Origin: a bacterium
Lineage (GTDB): Bacteria; Desulfobacterota; DSWW01
NCBI GenBank assembly: GCA_040756235.1
Contig: JBFLZG010000105.1
Location: forward strand, 40,883 to 104,882
Reading direction: 5' to 3'
Length of the DNA stretch: 64,000 bases
How positions within the stretch are numbered: position 1 is the stretch's first letter; each line of letters starts with the position of its first letter. Shown piece after piece: positions 1-9,837 of this stretch. The notes under the pieces were generated by a model that ran no database searches, was not told the origin of the DNA, and was given only the letters and a program-made list of their open reading frames with translations. The position numbers and the translations under genes were made by a program.

Positions 1-1441
1 CCAGGGTGAAGGAGACGAACAGGGAGACCAGGACGGCGAAGGCCACGGTGATGCCGAACTGGAAGAAGAACCGGCCCACGATCCCCTTCATGTAGGCGAC
101 CGGCACGAACACCGCCACGATCGAGAAGGTCGTGGCCATAACCGCCAGCCCGATCTCGTTGGTGCCGTTGCGCGCCGCGGTGAAGTGGTCCTCGCCCCGT
201 TCCAGGTGGCGCACGATGTTCTCCCGCACCACGATGGCGTCGTCGATCAGCAGACCGATGGCGAGCGAGAGCGCCATCAGGGTGAGCATGTTGAGGGTCA
301 TGCCGGCGAAATTCATCACGATGAACGAGGAGATGACCGAGATCGGCAGGGTCAAGCCGGTGATGACCGTGGAGCGCCAGGAGTTGAGGAAGCAGAAGAC
401 GATGAGCACGGTGAGCAGGCCGCCGAGGAGCAGCGTCTCCTGGACGTCGCGGACGGACGCCCGGATGCTGATCGAGCTGTCCCGCACCACCTCGATGCCG
501 GTGTCCGGTGGGAGCTCGGCCCTGAGCTTCTCGACCTCCTTCTTCACCGCGTCCACGACCGCCACCGTGTTGGCCCCCGACTGCTTCATCACGTCCAGGG
601 CGACGGCCGGAATGCCGTTCACGAAAGCCATGGAGCGCTGCTCCTCGATGCCGTCGCGGACTTCGGCCACGTCCCCCAGGGTGACCGGGCGGTCCAGTCG
701 CTGGGCGACCACCATACGGCGGAAATCGTCCACCAGGTCCGGCTTGCCCTGCACTCTGACCGGCACTTCCACGCCCCGCCGGGTGAGCCTGCCCAGGGGG
801 GTGTTCACGTTCTCCGACTGGAGCCCCGCGATCACCTCGTCCACCCCCATCCCCAATGCCTCGAGCCGCGCCGGGTCGAGGTCCACGTTCACCTGTCGCT
901 TCGCGGGACCGACCAGGTCCACCCGGCCCACGCCCATGAGGTTCTGGATCCGGCGCTGAACCTTCTTTTCGACCAGCGTGGTCAGGTCGCGGGGCGTCAG
1001 GGTGTCCGAACGGATGGCCACGCTGATCACCGGCAGCGAGGAGAAGTCGAGCTTCTCGATGACAGGCTCCTCGATGGACTGGGGCAGGTCGCCCCGGATC
1101 GCCGAGACTTTGGCGCGGGCTTCCTGAGAGACGTTGTTGATGTCCACGCCGATCTCGAACTCGACCCAGACTTGTGAGACGCCTTCTCTGGAGATCGACC
1201 CCACGCGCTTGACGCCGGCGATGGGGTTGACGGCTTCCTCGAGGGGCTTGCTGACCTCCCGCTCCACGCTCTCCGGCGCCGCGCCCTCGAACACCGTGAG
1301 GACGGACAGGACCGGTATTTCGACATCCGGGTACATGTCGATGGCGAGCCGGCGATAGGAAAAGATGCCCAGGGTCACCAGCGCGAGCATCATCACCGCG
1401 GCGAACACGGGACGTTTGATGGACAGATCTGAAATCACCAT
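1..1441 (-). CDS. RND efflux permease, AcrB/AcrD/AcrF (HAE1) family, N-terminal part; runs off the window edge
   Basis: Manual translation from ATG 1441: MVISDLSIKRPVFAAVMMLALVTLGIFSYRRLAIDMYPDVEIPVLSV...; TM4 motif GLLIDDAIVVRENI near 220-260; lies downstream of an RND adaptor. Not in the ORF track because it lacks a stop in the window. Confidence 0.93.
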   Translation of the reverse strand, partial: MVISDLSIKRPVFAAVMMLALVTLGIFSYRRLAIDMYPDVEIPVLSVLTVFEGAAPESVEREVSKPLEEAVNPIAGVKRVGSISREGVSQVWVEFEIGVDINNVSQEARAKVSAIRGDLPQSIEEPVIEKLDFSSLPVISVAIRSDTLTPRDLTTLVEKKVQRRIQNLMGVGRVDLVGPAKRQVNVDLDPARLEALGMGVDEVIAGLQSENVNTPLGRLTRRGVEVPVRVQGKPDLVDDFRRMVVAQRLDRPVTLGDVAEVRDGIEEQRSMAFVNGIPAVALDVMKQSGANTVAVVDAVKKEVEKLRAELPPDTGIEVVRDSSISIRASVRDVQETLLLGGLLTVLIVFCFLNSWRSTVITGLTLPISVISSFIVMNFAGMTLNMLTLMALSLAIGLLIDDAIVVRENIVRHLERGEDHFTAARNGTNEIGLAVMATTFSIVAVFVPVAYMKGIVGRFFFQFGITVAFAVLVSLFVSFTL

Positions 1442-1560
1442 GGCCGTACCCTGTTGCTCCTGTTGAAGGGGTCGGATCGCCTCATCCGTTGTCATGGTTG
1501 CCGGCGAGGACGACCGCGAGCGGCGCGCTTCTCATCTCATTCGGCGGGTGTCGACTCTTC

Positions 1561-1665
1561 TCCCTTCTCCCCTCGCCGAGGGGAGAAGGTCAGGTTGAGG
1601 GGTGCTTCTGCTCCTGCTTCCCCCCTCACCCTCGCCCTGTCCCCCGGACGCGGGGAAGAGGGGAG
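1561..1665. repeat. Inverted pair of CCCTCACCCT..CCCTCTCCC..GGGAGAGGG-type palindromic intergenic repeats
   Basis: tcccttctcccctcgccgaggggagaagg...gaggggt faces ccccctcaccctcgccctgtccccc...ggggaagagggg, between adaptor and permease genes. Confidence 0.7.
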
Positions 1666-1688
1666 TTTTCGCCAGAGAACACGGGCGC

Positions 1689-2873
1689 TCACGGCTGGGC
1701 TGCCGCCGCGCTCCCATCGGCCGCAACGGTCCCGAGAGGCCCGGCCCCGGAACCGTCGGCCCCGCCGGCCTTGACCGAGATCCGGTCGCCGTTTCGGAGG
1801 TTGAAGGCGCCGCGCGTGACGACCTGGTCGCCCGCGGCGATTCCTTCGGTCACCTCGACGTAATCCGCCAACGCCGTTCCGGTTCGGACCGCCCGCCGTT
1901 CAACGATCTCTCCCGAAGCCACGAACACCTCGCCCTCTTTGCGCGCCACGTCCCAGGAGAGAAGAGCGGAGCGGGGGATCTGCAGGACGCCCGTGCGCTT
2001 GCCGGTCAGGATCCGGCCTTTGGCGAACAGCCCGCCTCGCAGCACCTCCGGCTCGTTCGGAACGTCGGCCACGACCTTCACCGACCGGCTCACGGGATCG
2101 ACCGTCGGATTGATGAACATGACCTTGCCGCTGAACGTCCGGCCCGGGAGCGCATCGGTCTCGAACTCGAGCAGCTGACCGACCCGGAGGACGGCGAGGG
2201 AAGCCGACGGGACGTTGACCGTGAGCTCGAGCACCCGGTTGTCGACGATTCGGAACATCGGCCCGCCGCCCATGCTCTCGACCCGGTCCCCGGGATTCAC
2301 GCCGCGGTAGGACACGATCCCGTCAAAGGGGGCCCGTATCATCGCTTTCGCCAGCCGGGCCTCGGCCGCCTGCAACTGAGCCCTGGCCGCCGAGGTGGCG
2401 GCGGCCGCCGCTTCCCGTGCGGTGCGGGCGTCGTCCAGGTTCTGCTGAGTCACGAGCCCCACGCCCTTGAGCTTCTCGGCCCGCTCCAGCTCGCGCACCG
2501 CCCGCGTCTCCTCCACCTGGGCCTGCAGCACGGCTGCCCGGACCGCCTCGAGTGCTGCCTGCGCCTCCTGGGTGTCGAGCTTGGCCAGCGGCACGCCCCT
2601 GGCGACCCTCACCCATTCAGCGACGTAGACCTCCTCCACCACCGCCGTGTACTCGGACTTGACGTCAGCCACGAACTTGGCGGACAGCGAGCCCACGACC
2701 TCGATCGATTCCTCGAGCTCGCCGGTGGTCGCCGCGGCCAGCTCCACGGCCACCGGCGGGCGGCCGGACGTCTCCACGCTTCCCTCCCCGGACCCCGAAC
2801 AGCCGGCAGCCGCGGCGGCGGCTGCGAGCGCAGCCAGGACGAGCAGACCCTGCCACCCCATTTTGCCTCTCAT
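1689..2873 (-). CDS. RND periplasmic adaptor (membrane fusion) lipoprotein
   Basis: Lipobox AAGC; IRAPFDG; TVDPVSRSVKV; GLFAKG; directly upstream of the RND permease. Confidence 0.93.
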   Translation of the reverse strand: MRGKMGWQGLLVLAALAAAAAAAGCSGSGEGSVETSGRPPVAVELAAATTGELEESIEVVGSLSAKFVADVKSEYTAVVEEVYVAEWVRVARGVPLAKLDTQEAQAALEAVRAAVLQAQVEETRAVRELERAEKLKGVGLVTQQNLDDARTAREAAAAATSAARAQLQAAEARLAKAMIRAPFDGIVSYRGVNPGDRVESMGGGPMFRIVDNRVLELTVNVPSASLAVLRVGQLLEFETDALPGRTFSGKVMFINPTVDPVSRSVKVVADVPNEPEVLRGGLFAKGRILTGKRTGVLQIPRSALLSWDVARKEGEVFVASGEIVERRAVRTGTALADYVEVTEGIAAGDQVVTRGAFNLRNGDRISVKAGGADGSGAGPLGTVAADGSAAAAQP

Positions 2874-3508
2874 CGACGGTGCTCCTTGCCTGTGGGCTTC
2901 TTGCTCGAAATGCCTTCGAAGATCACTTCCAGGACCTGGTCCAACTCGGCAACGTCCACGTGCTGCTCCGGGTGGTCCAGGGCGGCCTCCACGCAGGCGC
3001 CCGTGGCGCCGTGCAGGGCCGTGGCCATGGCCAGTACGTTTCCGGGACGCAGCTCCTCGTTCTCGATCCCCTCCCGAATCAGGTGCTCGAGGGCGTTCTG
3101 GTAAGTGTGATGAAACGCGTCGAAGTCGAATTCGGGCGCCCCCTGGGGCGGCCCGTGATAGGCCCCCAGGATCAGCCGGACGTATTCGATGTTGTCCCGG
3201 AAGAGCTGGAACAACTCCCTGGCAAGGCTCAGGATCCGCTCCCTTGCGCTCTCGGGTCTCGAAAGGACGCCCTGGATCCGGTCCTCGAATGCTTCACGGG
3301 CGTCCTCGAGGAGGGCGAGGTAGATTCCTTCCTTGCTGCCGAAATAGTAATAGAGGACGGGCTTGGTGACGCCGGCGGCCTCGACGATCTCGCGCACCGT
3401 CGTGGCGGCGTACCCGCGCCTGTTGAAGAGCTCGATCGCCACGCGAAACAGCCGATCCCTCGCCCCGATGTCAGCGGGCTCGTGGGCCTCTGCGCTCACT
3501 TCCGTCAC
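2870..3508 (-). CDS. TetR/AcrR family transcriptional regulator
   Basis: HTH signature LFNRRGYAATTVREIVEAAGVTKPVLYYYFGSKEGIY; overlaps adaptor start by 4 nt. Confidence 0.95.
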   Translation of the reverse strand: MTEVSAEAHEPADIGARDRLFRVAIELFNRRGYAATTVREIVEAAGVTKPVLYYYFGSKEGIYLALLEDAREAFEDRIQGVLSRPESARERILSLARELFQLFRDNIEYVRLILGAYHGPPQGAPEFDFDAFHHTYQNALEHLIREGIENEELRPGNVLAMATALHGATGACVEAALDHPEQHVDVAELDQVLEVIFEGISSKKPTGKEHRR

Positions 3509-3580
3509 CCTCCCCTGGAGGACGAAAATCCGGCAATCCGCACCCCGACGACTGCCGGACCCCGATGGAATTCCGTGACC

Positions 3581-3621
3581 TACCTACCGGTAAGTATAGC
3601 TAAGGAGAAGAAAAGAAGCAA
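3581..3621 (-). promoter_or_regulatory. sigma70 promoter with overlapping palindromic (probable TetR) operator
   Basis: Minus strand TTGCTT (3621-3616) - 17 nt - TATACT (3598-3593); palindrome TACCTACCGGTAAGTA (3581-3596) overlaps the -10. Confidence 0.7.
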
Positions 3622-3770
3622 CCACTGGAGAGGGGACAATCCGTCAGCGAATAGAAGGGTCTTGCCTGCACGGCTCGGCGCCGTGCCGCAGCGCGCAGGG
3701 CGGGGGTCGGAGCACAGGCCGCCTTCCGGGCCGGGCGCAGGGTCAGGCCTGCGCCCGCGGCGCGGAAGCA

Positions 3771-4220
3771 TCAGGCCATCTTGGAGCGGACTTTCTCCTT
3801 CTGCTCTGTAAAGCTCGCCAACACTTCCTCCAGTTGCTCTTCTTCCATCAACTCCCGCGTCAGCTCGAAGATGCTGTCCTCTTCTTCCTCGATGTGATGC
3901 TCCACGAGCTCCTTGAACACGCTCAGCTTGGCAGGCCACTGCTCGTCCGCTCGGGACAGCTTCTCCAGCTCTTTCAGCACGGTCTTCGTCACATGGTGTT
4001 CTTCAACCGACTCCAGCACCTTTTCGCGGGCCCCTTTCTTTTCTTTCAGAACGGGGTAGTAGGCTTTCTCCTCCGCCTCCATGTGCGGCGTGATCTCCTT
4101 CTTGAGCTTGGCGAAGAGATCTTCTCTCTGCTTGGAGCCGCCATTGGTTGTCTTCTTCAGCTTCTCGAGGATTCCTTTGAGCTCCTCGTGGTCCTTTTGA
4201 ATGGCCTGTAGTAAGTCCAT
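3771..4220 (-). CDS. Hemerythrin/HHE cation-binding domain protein
   Basis: Start at ATG 4220 after GGAG; motifs DH, HMEAEE..YP, EEH, HHIEEEE. Confidence 0.88.
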   Translation of the reverse strand: MDLLQAIQKDHEELKGILEKLKKTTNGGSKQREDLFAKLKKEITPHMEAEEKAYYPVLKEKKGAREKVLESVEEHHVTKTVLKELEKLSRADEQWPAKLSVFKELVEHHIEEEEDSIFELTRELMEEEQLEEVLASFTEQKEKVRSKMA

Positions 4221-4481
4221 GCGCTTTTCTCCCGACTTGGTGTTAACCGTCCCCGGGCCTGACGGCCCGTTCCCTCCCTGGAGCCTCGACTCCCGTCTGA
4301 TGCGCGGGCAATCCGCCCGGTTCCGGGAGCCGGAGTACTGCGCCGCCATACCGTCGACCGGATCCGCGGGGCTCGACCCCCTACGGGGATCCATGGCCAA
4401 CGCAGGCTGGCCCGGTTCTGCGCGCATCTAAGTCAGGAATGATGTGTTTTTTTTGAACTGCGAAGCCGCAAGGAGCAGAAC

Positions 4482-5153
4482 ATGCGATTCAAAGACGGGG
4501 CAAGCGTGGTTACCGCCGGGGGCGACAAGGTGGGCCGCCTCGATCGAGTGGTCCTGAACCCGAAGACGTGCCGGGTGACGCACCTGGTCGTTCGCAAGGG
4601 GTTCCTGCTCACCCGGGACAGGGTGGTCCCCGCAGAGAGGGTCGCCTCGACGGACGAGAATACGATACGCCTCGGGGACCCCACGGGCGACCCGGAGACC
4701 TTTCCCGAGTTCAGGGAAACCGAGTTCGTGGATGCCGACGTGGACATGGCTCGAAGAACGGCCGACGACCGGAACTATGCGGCCCCGATCTAGTGGTACC
4801 CCGACCTCAGCTCAACGGCGATGGGCGGCATCGGCTCGTACGGACCGGTTCCGCCCACTCCCACGTACTTACCGGTGCGGTCGCAGACCCGGGAGAACAT
4901 CCCCGAGGGCACGGTGCCGCTGAAGGAGGGCGCCAGTGTGACCGGCAACGATCGCCGGCACGTGGGAGACCTGGAGCAGGTCCTCGTCGGCGAGGACACG
5001 AAGCACACCACCCATCTGGTGATCTCGCACGGGCTTCTTCTGAAGAAGAAAAGGCTTGTTCCGGTCGAGTGGATCGACGAGGTCGAGGAGGACGAGGTCC
5101 GGCTGGCGGTCGGGTCGCGCCTGATCGGGACGCTGCCGGAATACCAGGAGTGA
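4482..5153 (+). pseudogene. Two-domain PRC-barrel protein interrupted by an in-frame TAG (4791-4793)
   Basis: ORFs 4482-4793 and 4821-5153 are in the same frame; both carry PRC-barrel motifs (GASVVTAGGDKVGRLDRVV..VTHLVVRKG / GASVTGNDRRHVGDLEQVL..TTHLVISHG). Confidence 0.75.
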
Positions 5154-5252
5154 ACCGCGGCCGCGGAGCCGGATCCGCTGGTTCCCGCAACCCGCGACCG
5201 GTCGGAGAATCCGGGCTGACGACCGCGGTCTCCGCAGGCTTCTCACGTGCCC

Positions 5253-7664
5253 TCACGGGTGGCACTCGGCGCAGCTCACCACGATCTTCGCTTTGCCGTC
5301 CTTGAAGTGGCAGCCGTCGCAGGCCTCGACGCTCGCGGGGTCGGAGAGCCAGCCGAGCCCTTCCGTGTAGAGGGAAGGCGGGCGCTCGGGGATGGGCCGG
5401 AAGACGATCTTCACGACGGCCTTGGTCGAGAAGCAGCCTCCGAACCCGGGCATGTCCGGGTTCTCGTTGGTGACGAACCCCTTGTTGGTGGACGGATTGA
5501 AGTACATCTCCTTCAAGTGGCCGTGCCCGTACGGGAAATGCACGCCGAAGTCGTCCGTGGCCAGAAGGCGATAGTCGTGGCGCTTCTTGTCCGCCTGCTC
5601 CATGCCGGTCGCGTCCAGTACGTCATCGAAGAAGACGACCTTCTCCATCTTGCCGCCCCCGACGTCGATGGTTCGCGCCGGCAGATCGGACCAGTACAAG
5701 GTCCGTTCGCGCACGCCGTCGTCGACGACGAGCTTGCGCATCATCTCGATGGTGAAGAGGTCGGGGATTGTACACCCGTCGAGCCCTGCGACCGAGGGCG
5801 TCCCGCGGCTCAAGTCGACCTTTGCGCTCTGCACGGCCTCCCAGCTCACGGTGCACTCTTGGCCGCCGTCGTACGAAATGAGCCGGTAATCGTAGAGCGC
5901 GCGGATCTGATCGGTGGTGAAGAAGCCGGACTGGGTCTGGGCGCTCATGACACTGTCCGGCACGAACGCGCGCAGGGGCGCCATGCGGTCCGCCCCGGGC
6001 ACCGGCAGATCGCGCAGGCTCACCGCGTGTTCTTCCTCCTGGACGAAAAGCCTCACCCCTTCGCCGTGCGCGGCATGGGCCGGCCCGGCGGAGTTCCGGC
6101 CTCCGCCGTCCTGCCGGTAAAGGACAATCTCTGCGACGTCCTCGAGGGAGTGGGCGGGAAGGCCTGCGCCCGCATGGAAGCGCGCGTTCGGCTTCCCCTC
6201 GCTCATGTAGAGAAAGCCGCTCTTGAGCTGAGTGAATCGCAAGGGCTCGCAGAGCCGGCCGCCGTCCCGGCCGACGATCTCGTAGAGCCAGTCCTGGGGG
6301 CTGCGGGCCGCCTGCGGCACGATGAACGCATCGAGCGTCGCAATGGGCACGGGCTCGGGGCCTGCGGCCCTACCCTGGCCCGCGCCGCTCGTTGCGCCGG
6401 TCTCATAGAGACATTGGGGGACGCGCTCCAGCGGGACCGCGACCGCATCCTCCGCGTGCCCGGCCTTGACTACCCGGATCTCGGGCCCGGAGACGCGGGC
6501 GTCCCCCGCAAGAGGACGGATGTCCGAAAGAGTCCGGGGGAAGAGGATGCAGGAGATCTCTCCCCTCTCGTCAACCTGGCGTTGCAGGACGCCGATCAGA
6601 TCGAACGGCCCGGCCGGAGGCCCGGACCCCGGAATCCCCGAGCCCGGGGAGATCTGCAAACGGAGCGTGCGGGTATCGCCGGCTCCCGAGACCTCGACCG
6701 CGTCGGTCTCCTGACCGAAGCCGGGCCACGCGGCCGCGGCGTCGGAGCCGTGGAGCCGGACCCCGTTCACCCGGACCAGGTCGCCCGCGCAATCCTCTGC
6801 GCTCCCGTAGACCTCGTCCACTGAGCCGAACGCGCGCGCGGACGGCAGCGGCTCCCCTCTTGCCAGCACGGCCACGCTCCCTCCGGAGATCGGGTGCAGC
6901 TCGATCATGCCGTTGTGCTGCCGGATGGTCCCCTGGATCGCGACCCGATCGCCCGGATAGACGCGCAGGTCGTCGAAGGTGCTCCCGTCATAGCCCTGGT
7001 CCGCCTTTCTGGCGAGCGTGTCCGCGAACACGTAAACACCGCCGGTCCCGTCCTGGACGTGAAACTTGATGAAGCGGTTGCACGCCATGGCGCGGCACCC
7101 CACGGTTGCGACGCCCTCGACCCAGACGGTCTCCCCGAGGTGCGCCGGGGTCCCGCCCCTCCGCTCCATCACGTAGGAGCAGGTCTTCTTCTCGATCCGG
7201 GTCCAGTCGGGACGGGTCGCCACGGACCCGCCGTCCATTCGGCCGCGGTAGAGACATGGGGCTTTTCTCATGTCCCAGTGGACGCACAGCCCTCTGCCGC
7301 TCCCGCTGCCGTCGACGAAAAAGGCGTGTCGGAGATCCTCGTACGCCGGGAGCTCCCGCTCGCTGCCGCTGCCGAGGCATTCGAGCAAGCTCTTCTCGTC
7401 CCGGTCGATGAAGTCGTAGAAAAGATTGGCAGCATCCGGGCCGATCGCGCGGTCGGCCCAGTCGGATACCCGCACCGCCCACGCGGTCCGCACGGTCCCG
7501 TCCGCGTCGACCAGCTCCCGCAGCACCGGCGCCAGGCCGCTCGAGTCGGTCGCGGACTGGTTCAGGGATACGGAGATCCGGATGCCTTCCGGCGGAGGCG
7601 GAGGGTCCGGCTTCACGGCTGTCAGGCAGGCGGATGCTGCAAAAACGGCCGCGCAGAAGAGCAT
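5253..7664 (-). CDS. Large exported multidomain protein: OB-fold-like region, three internal repeats, C-terminal di-heme c motifs
   Basis: Signal/lipoprotein-like N-terminus MLFCAAVFAASAC (start uncertain); VWVEGVATV..FHVQDGTGGVYVF..GDRVAIQG resembles an OB fold; C-terminal CDGCH and CAECH. Confidence 0.75.
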   Translation of the reverse strand: MLFCAAVFAASACLTAVKPDPPPPPEGIRISVSLNQSATDSSGLAPVLRELVDADGTVRTAWAVRVSDWADRAIGPDAANLFYDFIDRDEKSLLECLGSGSERELPAYEDLRHAFFVDGSGSGRGLCVHWDMRKAPCLYRGRMDGGSVATRPDWTRIEKKTCSYVMERRGGTPAHLGETVWVEGVATVGCRAMACNRFIKFHVQDGTGGVYVFADTLARKADQGYDGSTFDDLRVYPGDRVAIQGTIRQHNGMIELHPISGGSVAVLARGEPLPSARAFGSVDEVYGSAEDCAGDLVRVNGVRLHGSDAAAAWPGFGQETDAVEVSGAGDTRTLRLQISPGSGIPGSGPPAGPFDLIGVLQRQVDERGEISCILFPRTLSDIRPLAGDARVSGPEIRVVKAGHAEDAVAVPLERVPQCLYETGATSGAGQGRAAGPEPVPIATLDAFIVPQAARSPQDWLYEIVGRDGGRLCEPLRFTQLKSGFLYMSEGKPNARFHAGAGLPAHSLEDVAEIVLYRQDGGGRNSAGPAHAAHGEGVRLFVQEEEHAVSLRDLPVPGADRMAPLRAFVPDSVMSAQTQSGFFTTDQIRALYDYRLISYDGGQECTVSWEAVQSAKVDLSRGTPSVAGLDGCTIPDLFTIEMMRKLVVDDGVRERTLYWSDLPARTIDVGGGKMEKVVFFDDVLDATGMEQADKKRHDYRLLATDDFGVHFPYGHGHLKEMYFNPSTNKGFVTNENPDMPGFGGCFSTKAVVKIVFRPIPERPPSLYTEGLGWLSDPASVEACDGCHFKDGKAKIVVSCAECHP

Positions 7665-7859
7665 CCGCTTCCGGCCCCTGGGAGGAAGGAGCAGACCCCT
7701 CTTACCCCTCGCGTTGCATCTCGGCATTCTATGAACGGTCCCCCATATGCTCGTGCAAGGCAGATTCAAGCGAGGACAGCATTCCCGTAATTTCCGGAGG
7801 AAAGAGGCCGTCATCCCGGGCCAGCGGTTCCACCCTGTCTTACCGTCATTGCGGCGGAG

Positions 7860-8053
7860 GAGGCTGTGTCACAAATCCGGTCAGACCCCGTGCGATCACT
7901 CATTCCGGAGGACTCGGAGGCGCGACCGCATGATTTCCGTCATTCCGGCGAAGGCCGGAATCCAGCCCCTGCGCCCAGTTACCACAGCTGGTCTGGGTGC
8001 ACCCTTCTGGATCCCGGCTCCCACTCGCTTCGCAGGTGGGCCGGGATGACGGA
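7860..8053 (+). mobile_element. MITE/REP composite copy with one terminal inverted repeat (GAGGCTGTGTCA)
   Basis: Reverse-complement homolog of 27251-27433 and 58665-58873; contains GTCATTCCGGCGAAGGCCGGAATCCAG and CTGGATCCCGGC..GCCGGGATGAC; second TIR absent. Confidence 0.8.
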
Positions 8054-8209
8054 AACCAACACGGCCCCGACAATTCTCTCCCTCCGGCCCAGGCCGGAAT
8101 CCGGTCCGGTTTATGGGATCCTCCAAGTCCGCTACACTGGCTCGTATCGTGTCAGATCCTTGGGGCGAAATAAAGCCTCGGAATGGAGGGAAGCGTGCGC
8201 GACCGATCC

Positions 8210-9070
8210 ATGTCTCCGATCGTCCTTGGGGCGCTCGCCGGTCTGCTCGTTCTTGCGGCGGGTACCGTCCGGGCGCATCCCGGCAAGTTCACCATCGTCG
8301 GCATGGGCACCAGCCCCGACCTCCTCACCTTGCGCGGAGCGGAGGTCGTGAGACAGGCGGACATCATCCTTCTGGACGAACCGGAGGACCGCAACGCCTG
8401 GGCGGCTCTCATCGGTAGTAAAGAGGTCTGGTTCTGCGGGCGCCGGAGCGCGGCCTTCTACGGCTCCGATCCCGGTCAGATGAACGACCCTGCTGCCCGC
8501 GAGGAGGCCGTTCGGGAGGCCCGGGTCCGGGAAGTGATCGTGCAGAGGATCCGGAGGGCCGTGGAGAGCGGCAAGAAGGTGGCCGCCCTGAAGTGGGGAG
8601 ACCCCATGATGTTCGAGAACACGTACTATCTCGAGATGCTGCCCCAGGGCTTCCCCTCCGAGGTCGTCCCCGGTGTAGGCTCCTTTCAAGCGGCCAGCGC
8701 GGCCTTGAAGATGAGCCCCTGCTACGGAGGAGACACGAATTCCGTGATCCTGACCGCGACCGACTGGCCGGGGCGCTCCGACTGCAACGAGGAGCTCATG
8801 GGCCATCGGACCACCATGGTGTTCTACGCGATGCACCTGGACTATCCTCGGCTCTTCGAGCAGCTCGGCCGGCACTATCCGCCGGACACGCCGGTCGCCG
8901 TCGTGACCCACGCAGGAGACCGGAGCCGCGAGCGCGTCATCCGGAGCACGGTCGCCCGCTTCCTGGCCGAGGTGAGCTATGCGGCGCTTCCCCCGGAGGA
9001 GACCCTGCTGCTCGTGGGCAAGTTCCTCGAGGCAGGTCAGGCCCGCAGGACGCCGCCGGCCTTGGAATGA
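8210..9070 (+). CDS. Tetrapyrrole (corrin/porphyrin) SAM-dependent methyltransferase family, with N-terminal signal peptide
   Basis: FTIVGMGTSPDLLTLRGAEVVRQADII, LKWGDPMMF, VVPGVGSFQAASAAL (CobM/CbiF-like motifs); hydrophobic leader ending VRA. Confidence 0.85.
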   Translation: MSPIVLGALAGLLVLAAGTVRAHPGKFTIVGMGTSPDLLTLRGAEVVRQADIILLDEPEDRNAWAALIGSKEVWFCGRRSAAFYGSDPGQMNDPAAREEAVREARVREVIVQRIRRAVESGKKVAALKWGDPMMFENTYYLEMLPQGFPSEVVPGVGSFQAASAALKMSPCYGGDTNSVILTATDWPGRSDCNEELMGHRTTMVFYAMHLDYPRLFEQLGRHYPPDTPVAVVTHAGDRSRERVIRSTVARFLAEVSYAALPPEETLLLVGKFLEAGQARRTPPALE

Positions 9071-9200
9071 GCGAGACAGCCCCTCACAGGGAACCCGCCG
9101 CTCTCCCAGAGTGCGCGTGCTTTGCAGGCGCGCGGGTCCTTACGGCACGGATTCTTACGGCTTGGACGGAAACGCGGATCGTGATAGACTTGGCGCCGAC

Positions 9201-9641
9201 ATGAAGAGCTTTTACGCACGCAGGTTGCTGTCCATCTCGAGTCTCATCCTCTACCTCGTCGCGGAGTGCTGGGCAACCGCGGGTATCGTGCTGTGCTCCT
9301 GCCCGGGCAGCGACTTCACGGACAATCCTCGCGCGCTTGCCTGCTGCTGCATCTCCGGGGCAGACCGACATCCCTCCGCATCCGGACCTGCGTCTGCCTC
9401 GGAGCCTGCAAGCTTCGTGGCGGGGTCTTGCTCATGCGGACAGCTTCCGGCTGCCGTCTCCGTGAGCGTCGCATGGCTCCAGAGAGACAACCCGACTCCG
9501 GATGGCAAGACCCGCCAACCCACAACCTCTTTCCGCAATGCTCCCCTTCCCATCGAGACCGTCTCCGGGCGGACCCTCCATGAACCTCTCCCTTCGGCCT
9601 CCGGCCTTTTGTTGTTGCACACGGTCATTCTCCTGATTTGA
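9201..9641 (+). CDS. Cys/Pro-rich hypothetical protein with C-terminal TVILLI (possible metal-operon leader)
   Basis: Hydrophobic N-terminus; CSC, CCC, CSC clusters; same architecture as 43238-43705. Confidence 0.6.
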   Translation: MKSFYARRLLSISSLILYLVAECWATAGIVLCSCPGSDFTDNPRALACCCISGADRHPSASGPASASEPASFVAGSCSCGQLPAAVSVSVAWLQRDNPTPDGKTRQPTTSFRNAPLPIETVSGRTLHEPLPSASGLLLLHTVILLI

Positions 9642-9837
9642 GAGAACCCTCCGCATCCGCGGGCTCGATGAAGAGGTGCACGGCCGGACGTGCCGGGCGC
9701 GAAGACCGCGGCACCCGCGGCTCCGTGAGCCCGTAAGCCGATCCCAGCTGCGGCTCCGGATCAAGGCTCGCCTGCACGAGCCGGGGAATCAGGAAATCTC
9801 TGTCAGCACGTGTTTTCCGAACGAGGAGGAAGCCATC

